Below are positions 44,433 to 55,065 of a stretch of DNA of 64,000 nucleotides, in pieces. The translations under genes were made by a program, and so were the position numbers. The stretch spans positions 10,803-74,802 of the forward strand of contig JAGYMZ010000004.1 in assembly GCA_018400295.1 (NCBI GenBank), written 5' to 3'. The stretch is from Bacteroidales bacterium. GTDB taxonomy: Bacteria; Bacteroidota; Bacteroidia; Bacteroidales; B18-G4. The first letter of the stretch is position 1. Each line of letters starts with the position of its first letter. The notes beneath the pieces are model-generated. The model worked only from the letters and a program-made list of their open reading frames with translations. It was not told the DNA's origin and did no database searches.

Positions 44433-45788
44433 GTGATGACAACACCCAAACAAATATTTTTGTCCCTGCTGGCATTTCTTTGTATTGCCGGTTGTCGCAA
44501 GAGTGACTACACATTGGAGGATGATGCCGTCACAATAACCGATAATGGCGGGGGTACCGGTACGGTCACCTGGACGCATGACCGGGAATATTTGCTGGAA
44601 GGCTTTGTTTTTGTTAACGACGGGCAGGTGCTGACCATTGAACCCGGTACGGTAATACGGGCCAAAGCCGGTCAGGGATCCGCCGCAAGCGCCCTTATCG
44701 TGGCCCGGGGCGGGCGGATCATTGCGAATGGAACCCAGGATGATCCCATCATTTTCACGGCCAACGGGGACGATCTCAGCGGTTCGGTGCCGCTGAAAAC
44801 AAAAGGGTTATGGGGAGGGGTCATTATTCTCGGGAATGCTCCCCTGAACCTTTCGCAGAATGAGGCGCATATTGAAGGCATTCCCCTGTATGAAACCCGG
44901 GGGGAATATGGTGGAACGAACGATGAGGATCATTCAGGCATTCTGAGGTATGTGTCCATCCGGCACAGCGGGACGAATATTGGCGAAGGCAATGAGATCA
45001 ACGGTCTTACACTTGGGGGCGTGGGCAGCCAAACGGTCATTGATCATGTAGAGGTAGTTTCCAATGCAGACGACGGCTTTGAATTTTTTGGGGGCAGCGT
45101 TTGCTGCCGGTACCTTGTCGCTGCTTTTTGTGATGATGATGCCTTTGATTTTGACCTGGGATACCGGGGGAAAGGCCAGTTCTGGTTTGCCGTTCAGGAG
45201 GTATCCGGTGGGGATAGGCTGATTGAGGTGGGGGGCGGGATGGACCCGGTCACCGGGACACCCCATACCATGCCCCGCATCTTCAATGCTACGTTGATCG
45301 GGGGTGGCAACGGGGATCAACGCAGTTTGATATATTTTTCCCGGAACGGGGCCGGGGAATACGCCAATTCCATTTTCCTGAACAAGGGGCAAGGCGTGTA
45401 CCTGGAATATATTGAAAATGCGGACGACAGCTATGGACAGTTTTTGGCGGGAAACCTGGGCATACCGCATAATGTTTTTTATGCGGTCGGTGACGGAACA
45501 CCGGAGGGCATCTTTACGGTCTATGCGTCTCCCGGCACGAACGTTGACGCTCAGAATGCGGTTTTTCAGGAGTATTTCACCGGCGCAGGCAACCGGGTCC
45601 TTGATCCGGGCATCGAATATTCGGATGATTTCTGCGATCCGCTACCCTCCGGGGGTGCTGTGCTGGGTGGACTGGAGGAGTATCCCAGCGACTGGTTTGT
45701 ACCGGTCCCTTTCAAAGGGGCTTTTTATACGTATAACTGGGCTGCCGGATGGACGTTGCTGAGTAGTTCGGGCTATCTAAGGAATTAA
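44433..45788 (+). CDS. Hypothetical lipoprotein
   Basis: Lipobox LAFLCIAGC. A glycine-rich repetitive core (NEINGLTLGGVGSQTVIDHVEVVSNADDGFEFFGG) suggests a beta-helix-like fold. It starts 15 nt after the porin gene. Confidence 0.6.
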   Translation: MMTTPKQIFLSLLAFLCIAGCRKSDYTLEDDAVTITDNGGGTGTVTWTHDREYLLEGFVFVNDGQVLTIEPGTVIRAKAGQGSAASALIVARGGRIIANGTQDDPIIFTANGDDLSGSVPLKTKGLWGGVIILGNAPLNLSQNEAHIEGIPLYETRGEYGGTNDEDHSGILRYVSIRHSGTNIGEGNEINGLTLGGVGSQTVIDHVEVVSNADDGFEFFGGSVCCRYLVAAFCDDDAFDFDLGYRGKGQFWFAVQEVSGGDRLIEVGGGMDPVTGTPHTMPRIFNATLIGGGNGDQRSLIYFSRNGAGEYANSIFLNKGQGVYLEYIENADDSYGQFLAGNLGIPHNVFYAVGDGTPEGIFTVYASPGTNVDAQNAVFQEYFTGAGNRVLDPGIEYSDDFCDPLPSGGAVLGGLEEYPSDWFVPVPFKGAFYTYNWAAGWTLLSSSGYLRN

Positions 45789-45801
45789 AATCACCCGGGT
45801 A

Positions 45802-47502
45802 TCAGAGCGATTCGTAAATGGATTCTGTAACGTTGATCGCATAATCCCCCACTTTTTCCATTTGAGCAATCAGGTCAATATAGTGGATCCCGGTTTTATA
45901 GGAATATTTTTCGTTGTTCAGGTTTTCCACATGCTCACTGCGCAGCGTATCCCGGAGCATGTTTATTTCTTTTTCCAGCGCCTGTGCTTTTTCCAGGTCT
46001 GCCAGTGCATAGTCGTTTTCGAGGTTGTGTATCATGTGGACCAGGGCCGAGCGCACCAGGTGGTACATTTTATAAAAAGAATCCCGTTGTTCCTGGATAA
46101 AATACAAATGTTGCCTGTTCTTGTCTTCAATGTTCTTGCCCATTTTATGGCATGAATCCCCCATGCTTTCAATGTCGTCGATCATCTTCAGCATGGCGTT
46201 GAGTTGCCGGGTGGTTTTTTGGCTCAGCTTGCCCTCGGAAACGCGGGTCAGGTAAGCAGCGATTTCCAGTTCAATGTTGTCGGTGATCTTTTCGTATTTT
46301 TTGATCTTATCGATCAGCCTGGCGTATTTTTTTGACCGTTTCTCCATCAGGACCTCCGGTATCATGTCATACATTTTCAAGACCAGACTGCTGTAATTTA
46401 CGATCTCTTTCTTGGCTTGTACCAGGGAAAGTTCTGAAGTGCTGAGGTAGGAGGAATCGATGTGCTTTAAGCGAAACAGGACCTTGTCTTCGTGCCTTGT
46501 CTTGATGATCTCCGGAATAAACCGGCTGAGGAATGGCAAAAAATAAATGAACAGCAGGGTGTTTGCTATGTTGAACCCGGTATGGAACAATGCCAGTGCA
46601 AAAGGTATGGACATGGGCTGCATCCTGGGGTCATGCTCTTCTGTTATGCCAGTTAGAAAGGCTATGCCATGCATGATGGGATAAAAGAATGCCAGTGCCC
46701 AGGCCACCCCGGCGAAATTGAACAGGAAGTGAAAAAAAGCGGCCTGCTTTGCCCGTATGTTGGCAACAATAGAGGCTGCATTGGCGGTTACGGTGGTCCC
46801 TATGTTCTCTCCCAGCACCATGGCCGCAGCCAGTTCAAAGGGGATGAAACCATCCACGGCAAGGACAAAGGTCAGGGCCATGACGGCACTGGAGGACTGA
46901 AAAATGACGGTCAGCAACAAGCCGATGCCCACAAAAAGCAATACGGAATAAAAATTATGATGATCGAGCTGCTTGATGTACTCAATAAACGGGGAAGACA
47001 CGTCAAGCATGGGGGTGATCTCTTTCAGCATTTGCAATCCCAGGAACAGAATGGCCAGTCCGATGATGAATTCAGCCCAGGACCGTTGGTTGCTCCTTCG
47101 TGAGAACAATAGCGGCAGGCTGAGTGCCACCAGGGGGAGGATGATGGAAATGATGTCGAAGGCTTTGCCGAACCCCAGCAGGGATATCAGCCAGGGGGTG
47201 ATGGTGGTACCGATGTTCGCACCCATAATGATGCCGAAGGATTCCATCAGTGTGAGCAGGCCGGCGTTCACAAAACTCACCACCATGACGGTGGTTGCCG
47301 AAGAGGATTGTATGGCCCCGGTGACAAGGGTCCCCGTCAGGATGCTCCGGGAATGCCTGGCTGTAAAGGTGGCCAGGACGTTACGTATCCTTTTGCCGGC
47401 CACTTTTTGCAGGGATTCACTCATTAAGATCATCCCATAGAGGAATATTCCCAGCGAACCGGTGACCATCAGTATCATCCATATGATGTTCCAAACTGTC
47501 AC
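45802..47502 (-). CDS. Na+/phosphate cotransporter family protein (NptA-like) with PhoU-like C-terminal domain
   Basis: Duplicated membrane core with QSSSATT and QSSSAVM motifs, followed by a helical tail ending in YIDLIAQMEKVGDYAINV (PhoU-type). Confidence 0.85.
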   Translation of the reverse strand: MTVWNIIWMILMVTGSLGIFLYGMILMSESLQKVAGKRIRNVLATFTARHSRSILTGTLVTGAIQSSSATTVMVVSFVNAGLLTLMESFGIIMGANIGTTITPWLISLLGFGKAFDIISIILPLVALSLPLLFSRRSNQRSWAEFIIGLAILFLGLQMLKEITPMLDVSSPFIEYIKQLDHHNFYSVLLFVGIGLLLTVIFQSSSAVMALTFVLAVDGFIPFELAAAMVLGENIGTTVTANAASIVANIRAKQAAFFHFLFNFAGVAWALAFFYPIMHGIAFLTGITEEHDPRMQPMSIPFALALFHTGFNIANTLLFIYFLPFLSRFIPEIIKTRHEDKVLFRLKHIDSSYLSTSELSLVQAKKEIVNYSSLVLKMYDMIPEVLMEKRSKKYARLIDKIKKYEKITDNIELEIAAYLTRVSEGKLSQKTTRQLNAMLKMIDDIESMGDSCHKMGKNIEDKNRQHLYFIQEQRDSFYKMYHLVRSALVHMIHNLENDYALADLEKAQALEKEINMLRDTLRSEHVENLNNEKYSYKTGIHYIDLIAQMEKVGDYAINVTESIYESL

Positions 47503-47669
47503 GCTCTATAACAAATGCTTGTTCAGTAAGGGCAAATGTATTGATTTTTGCAGTGGCGAAGTGCATAAAAACCAGAGATATGCCATATTTAAAGATAAAT
47601 TAATATGACTGATTGCCGGCATTGGTGATCTTTGGGTATGCCGGATCTCCGGGTTTGCGTGGGGCCGGA

Positions 47670-48782
47670 CTATTGACCCATTAAAACGGCATCTTTCAGC
47701 AACAGTCCCTTCAGTTCAGGGAGGGAAAAATGGACTTCGATCATTCCCATGGCATAGGGGGCGATCTCATAATGGTTGTAGTGGAAACCCAGGCCCATTT
47801 CGTTGATGAACAGGTTGTTGTTTGGCCGGACCGTATCGCTGAAAAAGCCGGCTGAGGTAAGCGGGGTGGTATGGTCCAGTCCGTATTTATCTCTTAGTTT
47901 CTCCATGATCAACGGCGTAATTTTATCGCCGAAGCCCGGGATGAACAGGGAGGTGGTATCCAGTTCCCGTTTGCCCCGGGTATCCAGGATAAGATATTCC
48001 AAACTGGCCAGTCCGTGCGCGCCGCCTGTAAAAGCATAATTGTAGATCCGGAAGGTAAGGATATGGTCCCGGTTAAAATAGATGCTGGCATGGCGCTCCT
48101 TGATCCAGTTGAAGGAATGCCCTTCCTGCCATATGTCGGTGTTGGCATTTACGTATTGTCTGAAAAAGGTTTGCCGGATTTTTTCCAGGATGGTTTCCGG
48201 ATCTTCATCTTCCATGCCCGGTGCATATTCTTCGAGTATAATGCCGGTGAGATAATCCTGCAGTTCCTGTGATGTTTCGCTTCCGGGTACAAGTAAGGTG
48301 AGCGATACGGCGGCTTTGGGCGACCCCGGGGCAGCGCTGAGTATTTTTTCTTCTTCCAGGCAGTACGCGCGGAAGGGCAGGGTGCCGGAAGGGTAGGTGG
48401 GTTGCATTTCAAAGCGGCTTTCTCCTTTCCTGCCGGCCGGCCTGTATGTTCCGGAAAGGTGTCCCTGTGCAGTAACCTGACCCCTGAAGACCGCGCCCGT
48501 GTCTCCCTCAGCCCATTCATAAAAAACCACCTCCTGTCCTTTCTCATACCCCTGTACTTCTGCCCTGGCCCCGGTGACGGACATCCGGTGGATGCTGTCC
48601 CAGGGCCTCTCAAAGGCATAGGTATAGTATCCGGTGATGTCCCCGTTCATAAAAGTCATGTCGGCTTGCAGCTCCACATCTTCATAAATACTCCCTTTGT
48701 AGTGGACATATTTACAGGCATGTTGTGATAACAAAACCGTGCTTGTCATCAAAAAAATGATGAAGAAAAATGTTTTTTTCAT
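47670..48782 (-). CDS. DUF3298/DUF4163-type secreted protein
   Basis: Signal MKKTFFFIIFLMTSTVLLSQ (cat at 48780-48782). The C-terminal YNYAFTGGAHGL...GFHYNHYEIAPYAMG is the DUF3298 signature. Confidence 0.7.
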   Translation of the reverse strand: MKKTFFFIIFLMTSTVLLSQHACKYVHYKGSIYEDVELQADMTFMNGDITGYYTYAFERPWDSIHRMSVTGARAEVQGYEKGQEVVFYEWAEGDTGAVFRGQVTAQGHLSGTYRPAGRKGESRFEMQPTYPSGTLPFRAYCLEEEKILSAAPGSPKAAVSLTLLVPGSETSQELQDYLTGIILEEYAPGMEDEDPETILEKIRQTFFRQYVNANTDIWQEGHSFNWIKERHASIYFNRDHILTFRIYNYAFTGGAHGLASLEYLILDTRGKRELDTTSLFIPGFGDKITPLIMEKLRDKYGLDHTTPLTSAGFFSDTVRPNNNLFINEMGLGFHYNHYEIAPYAMGMIEVHFSLPELKGLLLKDAVLMGQ

Positions 48783-48819
48783 AACGATGAATTTAATGGA
48801 TATGATGCGATGTTTGATT

Positions 48820-50424
48820 TCAATTTCCCCGTTTCCTTTTTCTGCAATGCTTCTGATATGCTTCCCTGGCGGCTTCCGAGCCCAGCGTGATTGCCTGTTG
48901 CCAGTCGCTGCATGCGCGTTCCGTATCCCCGAGTTCCCGGAATGTAAATCCACGGTTATAATAGGCTTCTGCATTTTCCGGGTCGTACCGTATGGCTGCG
49001 TTAAAATCCTGCCTGGCCCGCTTGATCTTCCCGGCCAGGCCGTATAGAATGCCGCGGTCGTTATAAGCTTCCGGGAAACGGGGTTTTATGGTTAAGGCCT
49101 TGTTGTATGCTTTTAAGGCTTCATTGTAGCGTCCTTTATCAAAGTGCAGGCTGCCGAGATAGTAATGTGCCTGGGCCCCGGCCGGGCCACCCGGGTCCTT
49201 GCGCACAGCATCCGTCAGCAGTGACCGCGTGGACGACCAGACGGCGGTCCGCAGGCCGGTGGTCACAAGCAGGTATCCGGCATAAACCAGGAGGACTGCC
49301 AGGATGATGCCCCGGTATTTTTTCCGGAATATGCCCCTGCGGGCATACACCGTATAGACCAACCACGACAGCACGTAAAATATGCCAATGAAGGCCAGGT
49401 ACCCGTACCGGTCGCCGGCCAGGAATTTTCTGGACCAAAAGGAAGGCAGCACCACCGAAATGGAAATGAGAAAGAACAACCCTCCGAAAATTGCCTCCCT
49501 GCGCAGTTTGCTTTTTATCAGTATCCCGGCAGCGATAAGGATCAACAGGAGCGCCGACAGGTAATACACGGGGGGTAAGCCCCCGTCCCCGGTCTCCGGA
49601 AAAGCGTATATGGCCGACAGGTTGGCCGGGAAGACCGCTTTTACTATATAAAAGGCCACGCTGTATGTAAGAATGAACAATTGGTGCCACGGGGTGAATG
49701 CTTCCTGCATAAGCCCGATATGCCCGAAAGACCGGGCCGCATCAATGGTGAGCAGTCCGGCCAGTACCGACAATACCAAAAACGGTGCTTTATCTGCCAT
49801 CCCTTTCCAGGTGATCCGCCCATTTCTGTACCAGTCGTAAAGCACCAGCACCAACGGAAAAGTCATGGCCATGGATTTGGAAAGGAGCGACAGCGTGAAA
49901 AAGAACAAACACCACAGGTAATGCGGCCATGATCTATTTCTGTCGATGTAATGCAGGTAAAACCGGAATGCCAGCAGATAAAAAAGGGTGAAAAGCAGCG
50001 TGCTCCGGGCCGATATCCAGCCCACTGCCTCGGCATTTACGGGATGTACCGCGAACAGAAAAGCGGTCATGCCGGCAATGGCTTGTTTGCCTGAGATCTT
50101 CAGGATAAGGAAATACAACAGCAGGATGTTGACCAGATGCAACAGGATGTTCAGGGCATGATATGCCGTGGCCTTTTCGCCGGATATGCTGAAGTTCAAG
50201 GCAATACTAAGGACGCTCAGGGGCTGGTACATACCCAGGTAGTAGGTGTTGAAATATTTTCCGGCCCGGGACAGATCGCGGATGTCCGGGTTTTCAATGT
50301 ATTCTCCATCATCCCAGCCATACAGGATCTCGTTTCCCGATGTGCGTCCAAACAGGATAACGGCGATCACCAGGATCACTCCCAGGATATGGCTGTTTTT
50401 AATGGAAGATGTCGTGCCCTGCAT
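48820..50424 (-). CDS. Polytopic membrane protein (PMT/TMTC-like glycosyltransferase fold) with C-terminal TPR repeats
   Basis: About 10 TM segments in the N-terminal 400 aa with a YGWDDGEYI loop. The C-terminus has 3-4 TPR units (AHYYLGSLHFDKGRYNEALKAYNKAL, AYNDRGILY, AYYNRGFTF). Confidence 0.7.
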   Translation of the reverse strand: MQGTTSSIKNSHILGVILVIAVILFGRTSGNEILYGWDDGEYIENPDIRDLSRAGKYFNTYYLGMYQPLSVLSIALNFSISGEKATAYHALNILLHLVNILLLYFLILKISGKQAIAGMTAFLFAVHPVNAEAVGWISARSTLLFTLFYLLAFRFYLHYIDRNRSWPHYLWCLFFFTLSLLSKSMAMTFPLVLVLYDWYRNGRITWKGMADKAPFLVLSVLAGLLTIDAARSFGHIGLMQEAFTPWHQLFILTYSVAFYIVKAVFPANLSAIYAFPETGDGGLPPVYYLSALLLILIAAGILIKSKLRREAIFGGLFFLISISVVLPSFWSRKFLAGDRYGYLAFIGIFYVLSWLVYTVYARRGIFRKKYRGIILAVLLVYAGYLLVTTGLRTAVWSSTRSLLTDAVRKDPGGPAGAQAHYYLGSLHFDKGRYNEALKAYNKALTIKPRFPEAYNDRGILYGLAGKIKRARQDFNAAIRYDPENAEAYYNRGFTFRELGDTERACSDWQQAITLGSEAAREAYQKHCRKRKRGN

Positions 50425-50456
50425 AAAAAAGTTTTGATCTTCCTGCTTTCAGTGAT

Positions 50457-51593
50457 CTATTTTGAGATGCGATACCTGGTTTGATGCTCATAGACATCCC
50501 CTGGTTCCAAAATGGTGGAAGGGAAGTCCGGTTGGTTGGGTGAATCCGGGAAATGCTGGGTTTCCAGGCAAAAGCCGTAGTGCTTGTAATAGGGTTTTCC
50601 TCCCTTGCCTGTATCCGATCCATCCAGGAAATTACCCGAATAAAACTGCACACCGGGTTGGGAGGTATAGACCTCCAGTTTGATGCCGCTTTCGGGGGCA
50701 GAGGCTTCCGCGATCTTTTTCATGCTTCCGCCGGTATTAAGGACGTAGTTGTGGTCGTATCCGCCTTCCACCTGTTCGATCCGTGCCCCGATGGCGGTGG
50801 GTGTCCGGAAATCCATAGGGGTCCCTTCTACATCCCTGAGTGCTCCGGTGGGGATGAGGGTCTCATCCACCACCGTGTACTTGTCCGCATCGATCCATAG
50901 CATATGGCCCAGGACATCTCCGTTGCCGGCCCCTTTCAGATTAAAATAGCTGTGGTTGGTCAGGTTCACGGGTGTTGCCTGATCGGTGACGGCCCGGTAG
51001 CTTATGGTGAGGGCATCATCGTTGTCCAGGGTATAGGTTGCCCGGACCTCGAGGTTGCCGGGGTAGCCTTCTTCGCCGTCCGGACTTGTAAGGTTCAATA
51101 CCAGCGACACGCTGTCCTGGCCTGCATGTTCCTTCGCATCCCATACCCGTTTGTCGAAACCCTTGTTGCCCCCGTGCAGGTGATGTGGTCCGTTGTTGGT
51201 GGCCAGCTGGTATTTTTCGCCTTTCAGGTTAAATTGCCCCCGGGCGATCCGGTTGGCATAACGGCCGGCAATGCAACCAAAGTAGGGATGCCCGGCCAGG
51301 TATTTATCCAGTGTATCGAAGCCCAGCACTACATCCCTTAGCTTGCCGTTTTTGTCAGGTACGCCGATGGATGTAACGATGCCGCCGTAATTGGTGATGC
51401 TGACTTCCATTCCGTTCTTGTTTTTCAGGGTATACAGGTATACCGGTTCTCCGTCCACGGTCCCGAAATGTTCCCTGCTGATCTCCATGAGTGGCCCCCT
51501 GTCTTTTTTTTCTGTCAGCTTTTCCCTGTAATTACAGGATGTGTTGATGAATGCAATGATAAAAACAACGTACAACGGGGATGTTATTTTCAT
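50457..51593 (-). CDS. galM: Aldose 1-epimerase (galactose mutarotase), exported
   Basis: GCIAGRYANRI, NNGPHHLHGG, TNHSYFNL and FCLETQHFPDSPN are the mutarotase motifs. Start at MKITSPLYVV...SCNY (cat at 51591-51593). Confidence 0.9.
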   Translation of the reverse strand: MKITSPLYVVFIIAFINTSCNYREKLTEKKDRGPLMEISREHFGTVDGEPVYLYTLKNKNGMEVSITNYGGIVTSIGVPDKNGKLRDVVLGFDTLDKYLAGHPYFGCIAGRYANRIARGQFNLKGEKYQLATNNGPHHLHGGNKGFDKRVWDAKEHAGQDSVSLVLNLTSPDGEEGYPGNLEVRATYTLDNDDALTISYRAVTDQATPVNLTNHSYFNLKGAGNGDVLGHMLWIDADKYTVVDETLIPTGALRDVEGTPMDFRTPTAIGARIEQVEGGYDHNYVLNTGGSMKKIAEASAPESGIKLEVYTSQPGVQFYSGNFLDGSDTGKGGKPYYKHYGFCLETQHFPDSPNQPDFPSTILEPGDVYEHQTRYRISK

Positions 51594-51692
51594 AATGGTG
51601 AAAATAAATGGTTTATCAAATATACGATTTATGACAAATGTTCGGAAAGATCCCCGGAGTTTTTTATTTTTGGTTCCATCAAAACCAGCATC

Positions 51693-53315
51693 ATGAATCA
51701 AACCGGTTTCCTGACCATTGATTATGTTGTTTTCATTACCTATGGATTGCTGATCGTTGGCGTTGGCTTGTGGGTGTCACGCACACGCAAGGGACAGGAG
51801 AGAACGGCGCAGGATTATTTCCTGGCCAGCAAGTCATTGCCCTGGTGGGCCATTGGGGCATCCCTTATTGCTTCCAACATATCGGCCGAGCAGTTCATAG
51901 GCATGTCGGGTTCCGGTTTTGCCATCGGGCTGGGCATTGCTTCCTATGAATGGATGGCTGCCATTACCCTGATCCTGGTGGGGAAGTATTTCCTGCCCAT
52001 TTTCATTGAGAAGAAGATCTATACCATGCCGCAGTTCCTGGAATTGCGGTATGATGTGAATGTCCGCACGGCCATGGCTGCTTTCTGGTTGCTGGTATAT
52101 GTGTTTGTCAATCTGACTTCCGTCCTGTACCTCGGATCCCTGGCCCTGCACACCATTATGGGCATACCCTTGACCTACGGCATTCTCGGGCTTGCCCTTT
52201 TTGCAGCGGTGTATTCTATTTACGGGGGGTTGACTGCCGTGGCGTGGACGGATGTGATACAGGTGATCTTTTTGATCGGTGGCGGCTTGCTTACGACCTT
52301 TCTTGCCCTGGAAGCTGTGGGTGACGGACAGGGCGTTGTTGCTGGATTTGGCCGGTTGCTGGAAAAGGCACCGAAGCATTTTGACATGATCCTGGAGAAA
52401 GGAAAGATGATGATCCCCGACGGGGCCGGGGGTATGCGGGATGCATACCAGGACCTTCCGGGCATAGGCGTGCTGGTGGGTGGCATGTGGATAGCGAACA
52501 TTTCCTACTGGGGGTTTAACCAGTATATTATCCAGCGCGGACTGGCGGCCAAGAACATACGGGAGGCACAGCGCGGAGTGATCTTTGCCGGATTTTTGAA
52601 GATCCTGATCCCGCTGATCGTGGTTGTTCCGGGTATTGCTGCTTATGTGCTTACCAGCGAGGCATCTGCTACCATCGAACCTTCCGACAAGGCTTATCCC
52701 TGGCTGCTGCATTCTTTTGTGCCGGCAGGGCTCAAAGGACTGGCCTTTGCGGCGCTGGCCGCTGCCATTGTTTCTTCCCTGGCTTCCATGCTGAATTCTA
52801 CTTCTACCATTTTCACCATGGATATTTATAAGAAGTTCATCCGCAAGGATGTCAGCGATACGCAAATGGTCCCGGTGGGCCGGATCGTAAGCTTTTCGGC
52901 TTTGCTGATCGCGGTGGTGACCGCCCGGCCTTTGCTGGGCAGTCTGGACCAGGCTTTTCAGTATATCCAGGAGTTTACCGGTTTCGTGACACCGGGAGTG
53001 GTCGTGATCTTTTGCTTTGGCTTGTTCTGGCGACGGATGCGGGCCCGGACTGCCCTACTGGTGGCTATCCTGACCATTCCCCTCTCTTTCCTGATGAAGG
53101 TGATCTGGCCGGCGATCCCTTTCCTCGACCGCATGGGCATCGTTTTCCTGATATTGTCCGGCATCGCGGTTGCGGGTAGCCTGATCGAATCCGGCCGTCC
53201 CGATCCCAAAGGGATTGTCTTGTATAAAGGGCTGTTTAAGACCGGCCCTGTTTTCAATGCGGGGGCCATCATACTTTCAGCCATTGTCGCGGCCCTTTAC
53301 CTGATATTCTGGTAA
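51693..53315 (+). CDS. Sodium/sugar (SGLT-type, SSS family) cotransporter
   Basis: DYFLASKSLPWWAIGASLIASNISAEQFIGMSG and GLAAKN match the SSS family pattern. It is divergent from galM. Start at the ATG at 51693. Confidence 0.9.
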   Translation: MNQTGFLTIDYVVFITYGLLIVGVGLWVSRTRKGQERTAQDYFLASKSLPWWAIGASLIASNISAEQFIGMSGSGFAIGLGIASYEWMAAITLILVGKYFLPIFIEKKIYTMPQFLELRYDVNVRTAMAAFWLLVYVFVNLTSVLYLGSLALHTIMGIPLTYGILGLALFAAVYSIYGGLTAVAWTDVIQVIFLIGGGLLTTFLALEAVGDGQGVVAGFGRLLEKAPKHFDMILEKGKMMIPDGAGGMRDAYQDLPGIGVLVGGMWIANISYWGFNQYIIQRGLAAKNIREAQRGVIFAGFLKILIPLIVVVPGIAAYVLTSEASATIEPSDKAYPWLLHSFVPAGLKGLAFAALAAAIVSSLASMLNSTSTIFTMDIYKKFIRKDVSDTQMVPVGRIVSFSALLIAVVTARPLLGSLDQAFQYIQEFTGFVTPGVVVIFCFGLFWRRMRARTALLVAILTIPLSFLMKVIWPAIPFLDRMGIVFLILSGIAVAGSLIESGRPDPKGIVLYKGLFKTGPVFNAGAIILSAIVAALYLIFW

Positions 53316-53371
53316 GCAAAAAATTGCCGGGGATCTCCTGTCCTATCCGGGATATGCGTCCGGGTGGAATA

Positions 53372-54859
53372 TCATAAGCCGTTGGGAACGAATTCATATG
53401 CGCCCAGGTCTGGATTGCCGGAACGGCTGTTGCCGTCCAGGTCATATTGCAGGATGTTGAGGTAGGGGGATGTGTTGATGACGTCCGGACTTCCGGCACC
53501 GATGACGGGCGATAATGTGTCGGGGTGGTAGTCGTTTTGTTCAATACCGGCAAACAGCGGGTCTTCGTTTTTGAAGGTGCCCGGAAAGGAAACCGGGTTG
53601 AGTTCTGTGCTGTCGGTTTTCAGAAGGCAATGGTCAAACACATAATGGAAGGGGGCCCCGCTGACCACGCTCAGGTACAGCTCTTCTTCCTGGTTGCCGT
53701 AATTGATGCAGTTGCCAAAATAGGCGTCCATTTCAAAGACATACAGGTTGTTGTCCTGATCGCGAAAGCTATTGGTCAGGATCAGGTTCTGGGTTTGCCG
53801 GACCGATCCGCTCCAGTAATTGGCAAATGTGCATTGACGGAAGTCGTATTTCCCTCCGCGGGTCAGGGCCACACCGTATTCTCCGCAATTGGCCACAACG
53901 GTGTTGATGCCGGTGATGTTGTAGAACCTGGACAGGATGCCGGCGCCCGACATATTTTCGATGATGGTATTGGTCAGGAGCAGGTGGTTTTCCAGGGGCT
54001 GTTGCAGGCCCAGTGTTTCCGTCTGCAGTCCGATGAAGCCGTTTTTGATCACGGCATAATGGATCTCGTTGCCGGTGCTGCCTTCGTTGATCCATATTCT
54101 GTCCCATTGACCCGGAATATCGTCGTAGAAATCCTCCAGGCGGTCGCCACGGAAAAGCACCGGTTCTCCGGCTGTTCCCATCACCTTTAACTGCCCACCC
54201 CGGTAAACCCATAATCCTGAGTTGTTGTGAAAATAGATTCTGGTGCCTGCGCTGATGGTCAGGCGGGCGCCGGAATCTATGACCGCATAACCGTATATAA
54301 GGAAGGGGAGTTCGTTGGTCCATGTGGTATCGCTGTTTGTGCCTGCCACTATCCTGAAAGGGGGCAAGCCTTCAATATGCTGGTCTGCAATGATGTAATT
54401 GGCGTTTTGGCCCCAGGAAACCAGATCGACATCCTGTATGTTGGTGTTGGTTTCAAAAATAAGGCGGTCGGTGACCACGAAAGGGGTCAGGTTGCTGTTG
54501 GGGTCTATGGTAACGCGGATAAAAACAAAAATGCTGTCGCCGGAGGGGATCCCGATGTTGGTCTCGTAAATGGAGGGGTTGCCGTCTATGTTGATCCTGT
54601 AAAAAGAATCCCCGCCGCCGGCCAGGCGGGCGGAAGATATATTGATCTTTTTGGCGTTGTTGTTATAGACTTTTAAGTATTTTGTTACGGAGCCCACGGT
54701 GGTGAAGACCGTATCGAAGACGATGGAGTCCGTTGAAAATTCCAGCATGGCTGAGGGGTTGTCCTCTATGGCTTCGTCCTTCCGGCAGGCGCTGAAAGCC
54801 AGCGCCAGGGCAACCGAAAGCAACAGGAACGTATGCGCGAAAGTAAAAAAGCGGTCCAT
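53372..54859 (-). CDS. Lipoprotein with right-handed parallel beta-helix repeats
   Basis: Lipobox LALAFSAC after the Met at 54859. Repeated short G/N-rich beta-helix-like segments (NMSGAGI, NCGEYGV, and others). Function unknown. Confidence 0.6.
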   Translation of the reverse strand: MDRFFTFAHTFLLLSVALALAFSACRKDEAIEDNPSAMLEFSTDSIVFDTVFTTVGSVTKYLKVYNNNAKKINISSARLAGGGDSFYRINIDGNPSIYETNIGIPSGDSIFVFIRVTIDPNSNLTPFVVTDRLIFETNTNIQDVDLVSWGQNANYIIADQHIEGLPPFRIVAGTNSDTTWTNELPFLIYGYAVIDSGARLTISAGTRIYFHNNSGLWVYRGGQLKVMGTAGEPVLFRGDRLEDFYDDIPGQWDRIWINEGSTGNEIHYAVIKNGFIGLQTETLGLQQPLENHLLLTNTIIENMSGAGILSRFYNITGINTVVANCGEYGVALTRGGKYDFRQCTFANYWSGSVRQTQNLILTNSFRDQDNNLYVFEMDAYFGNCINYGNQEEELYLSVVSGAPFHYVFDHCLLKTDSTELNPVSFPGTFKNEDPLFAGIEQNDYHPDTLSPVIGAGSPDVINTSPYLNILQYDLDGNSRSGNPDLGAYEFVPNGL

Positions 54860-55065
54860 AGCCAATGCATCAAAAGGCAAAGATAAACATTCGTTTATAT
54901 CATACGGAGAAATGTGTGGTTTATTGCCCGGGGGATAGCGGGCCCGGGGGGTCGCCCCTCCGGTAATTTTCTGTTTTTTTTGTGTCGATTCCACTTTTTT
55001 TCGTACCTTTTTCAACTGAAAAGGCGATCATTGATCCATACACATGCAAAAAATCCCATAAGCAC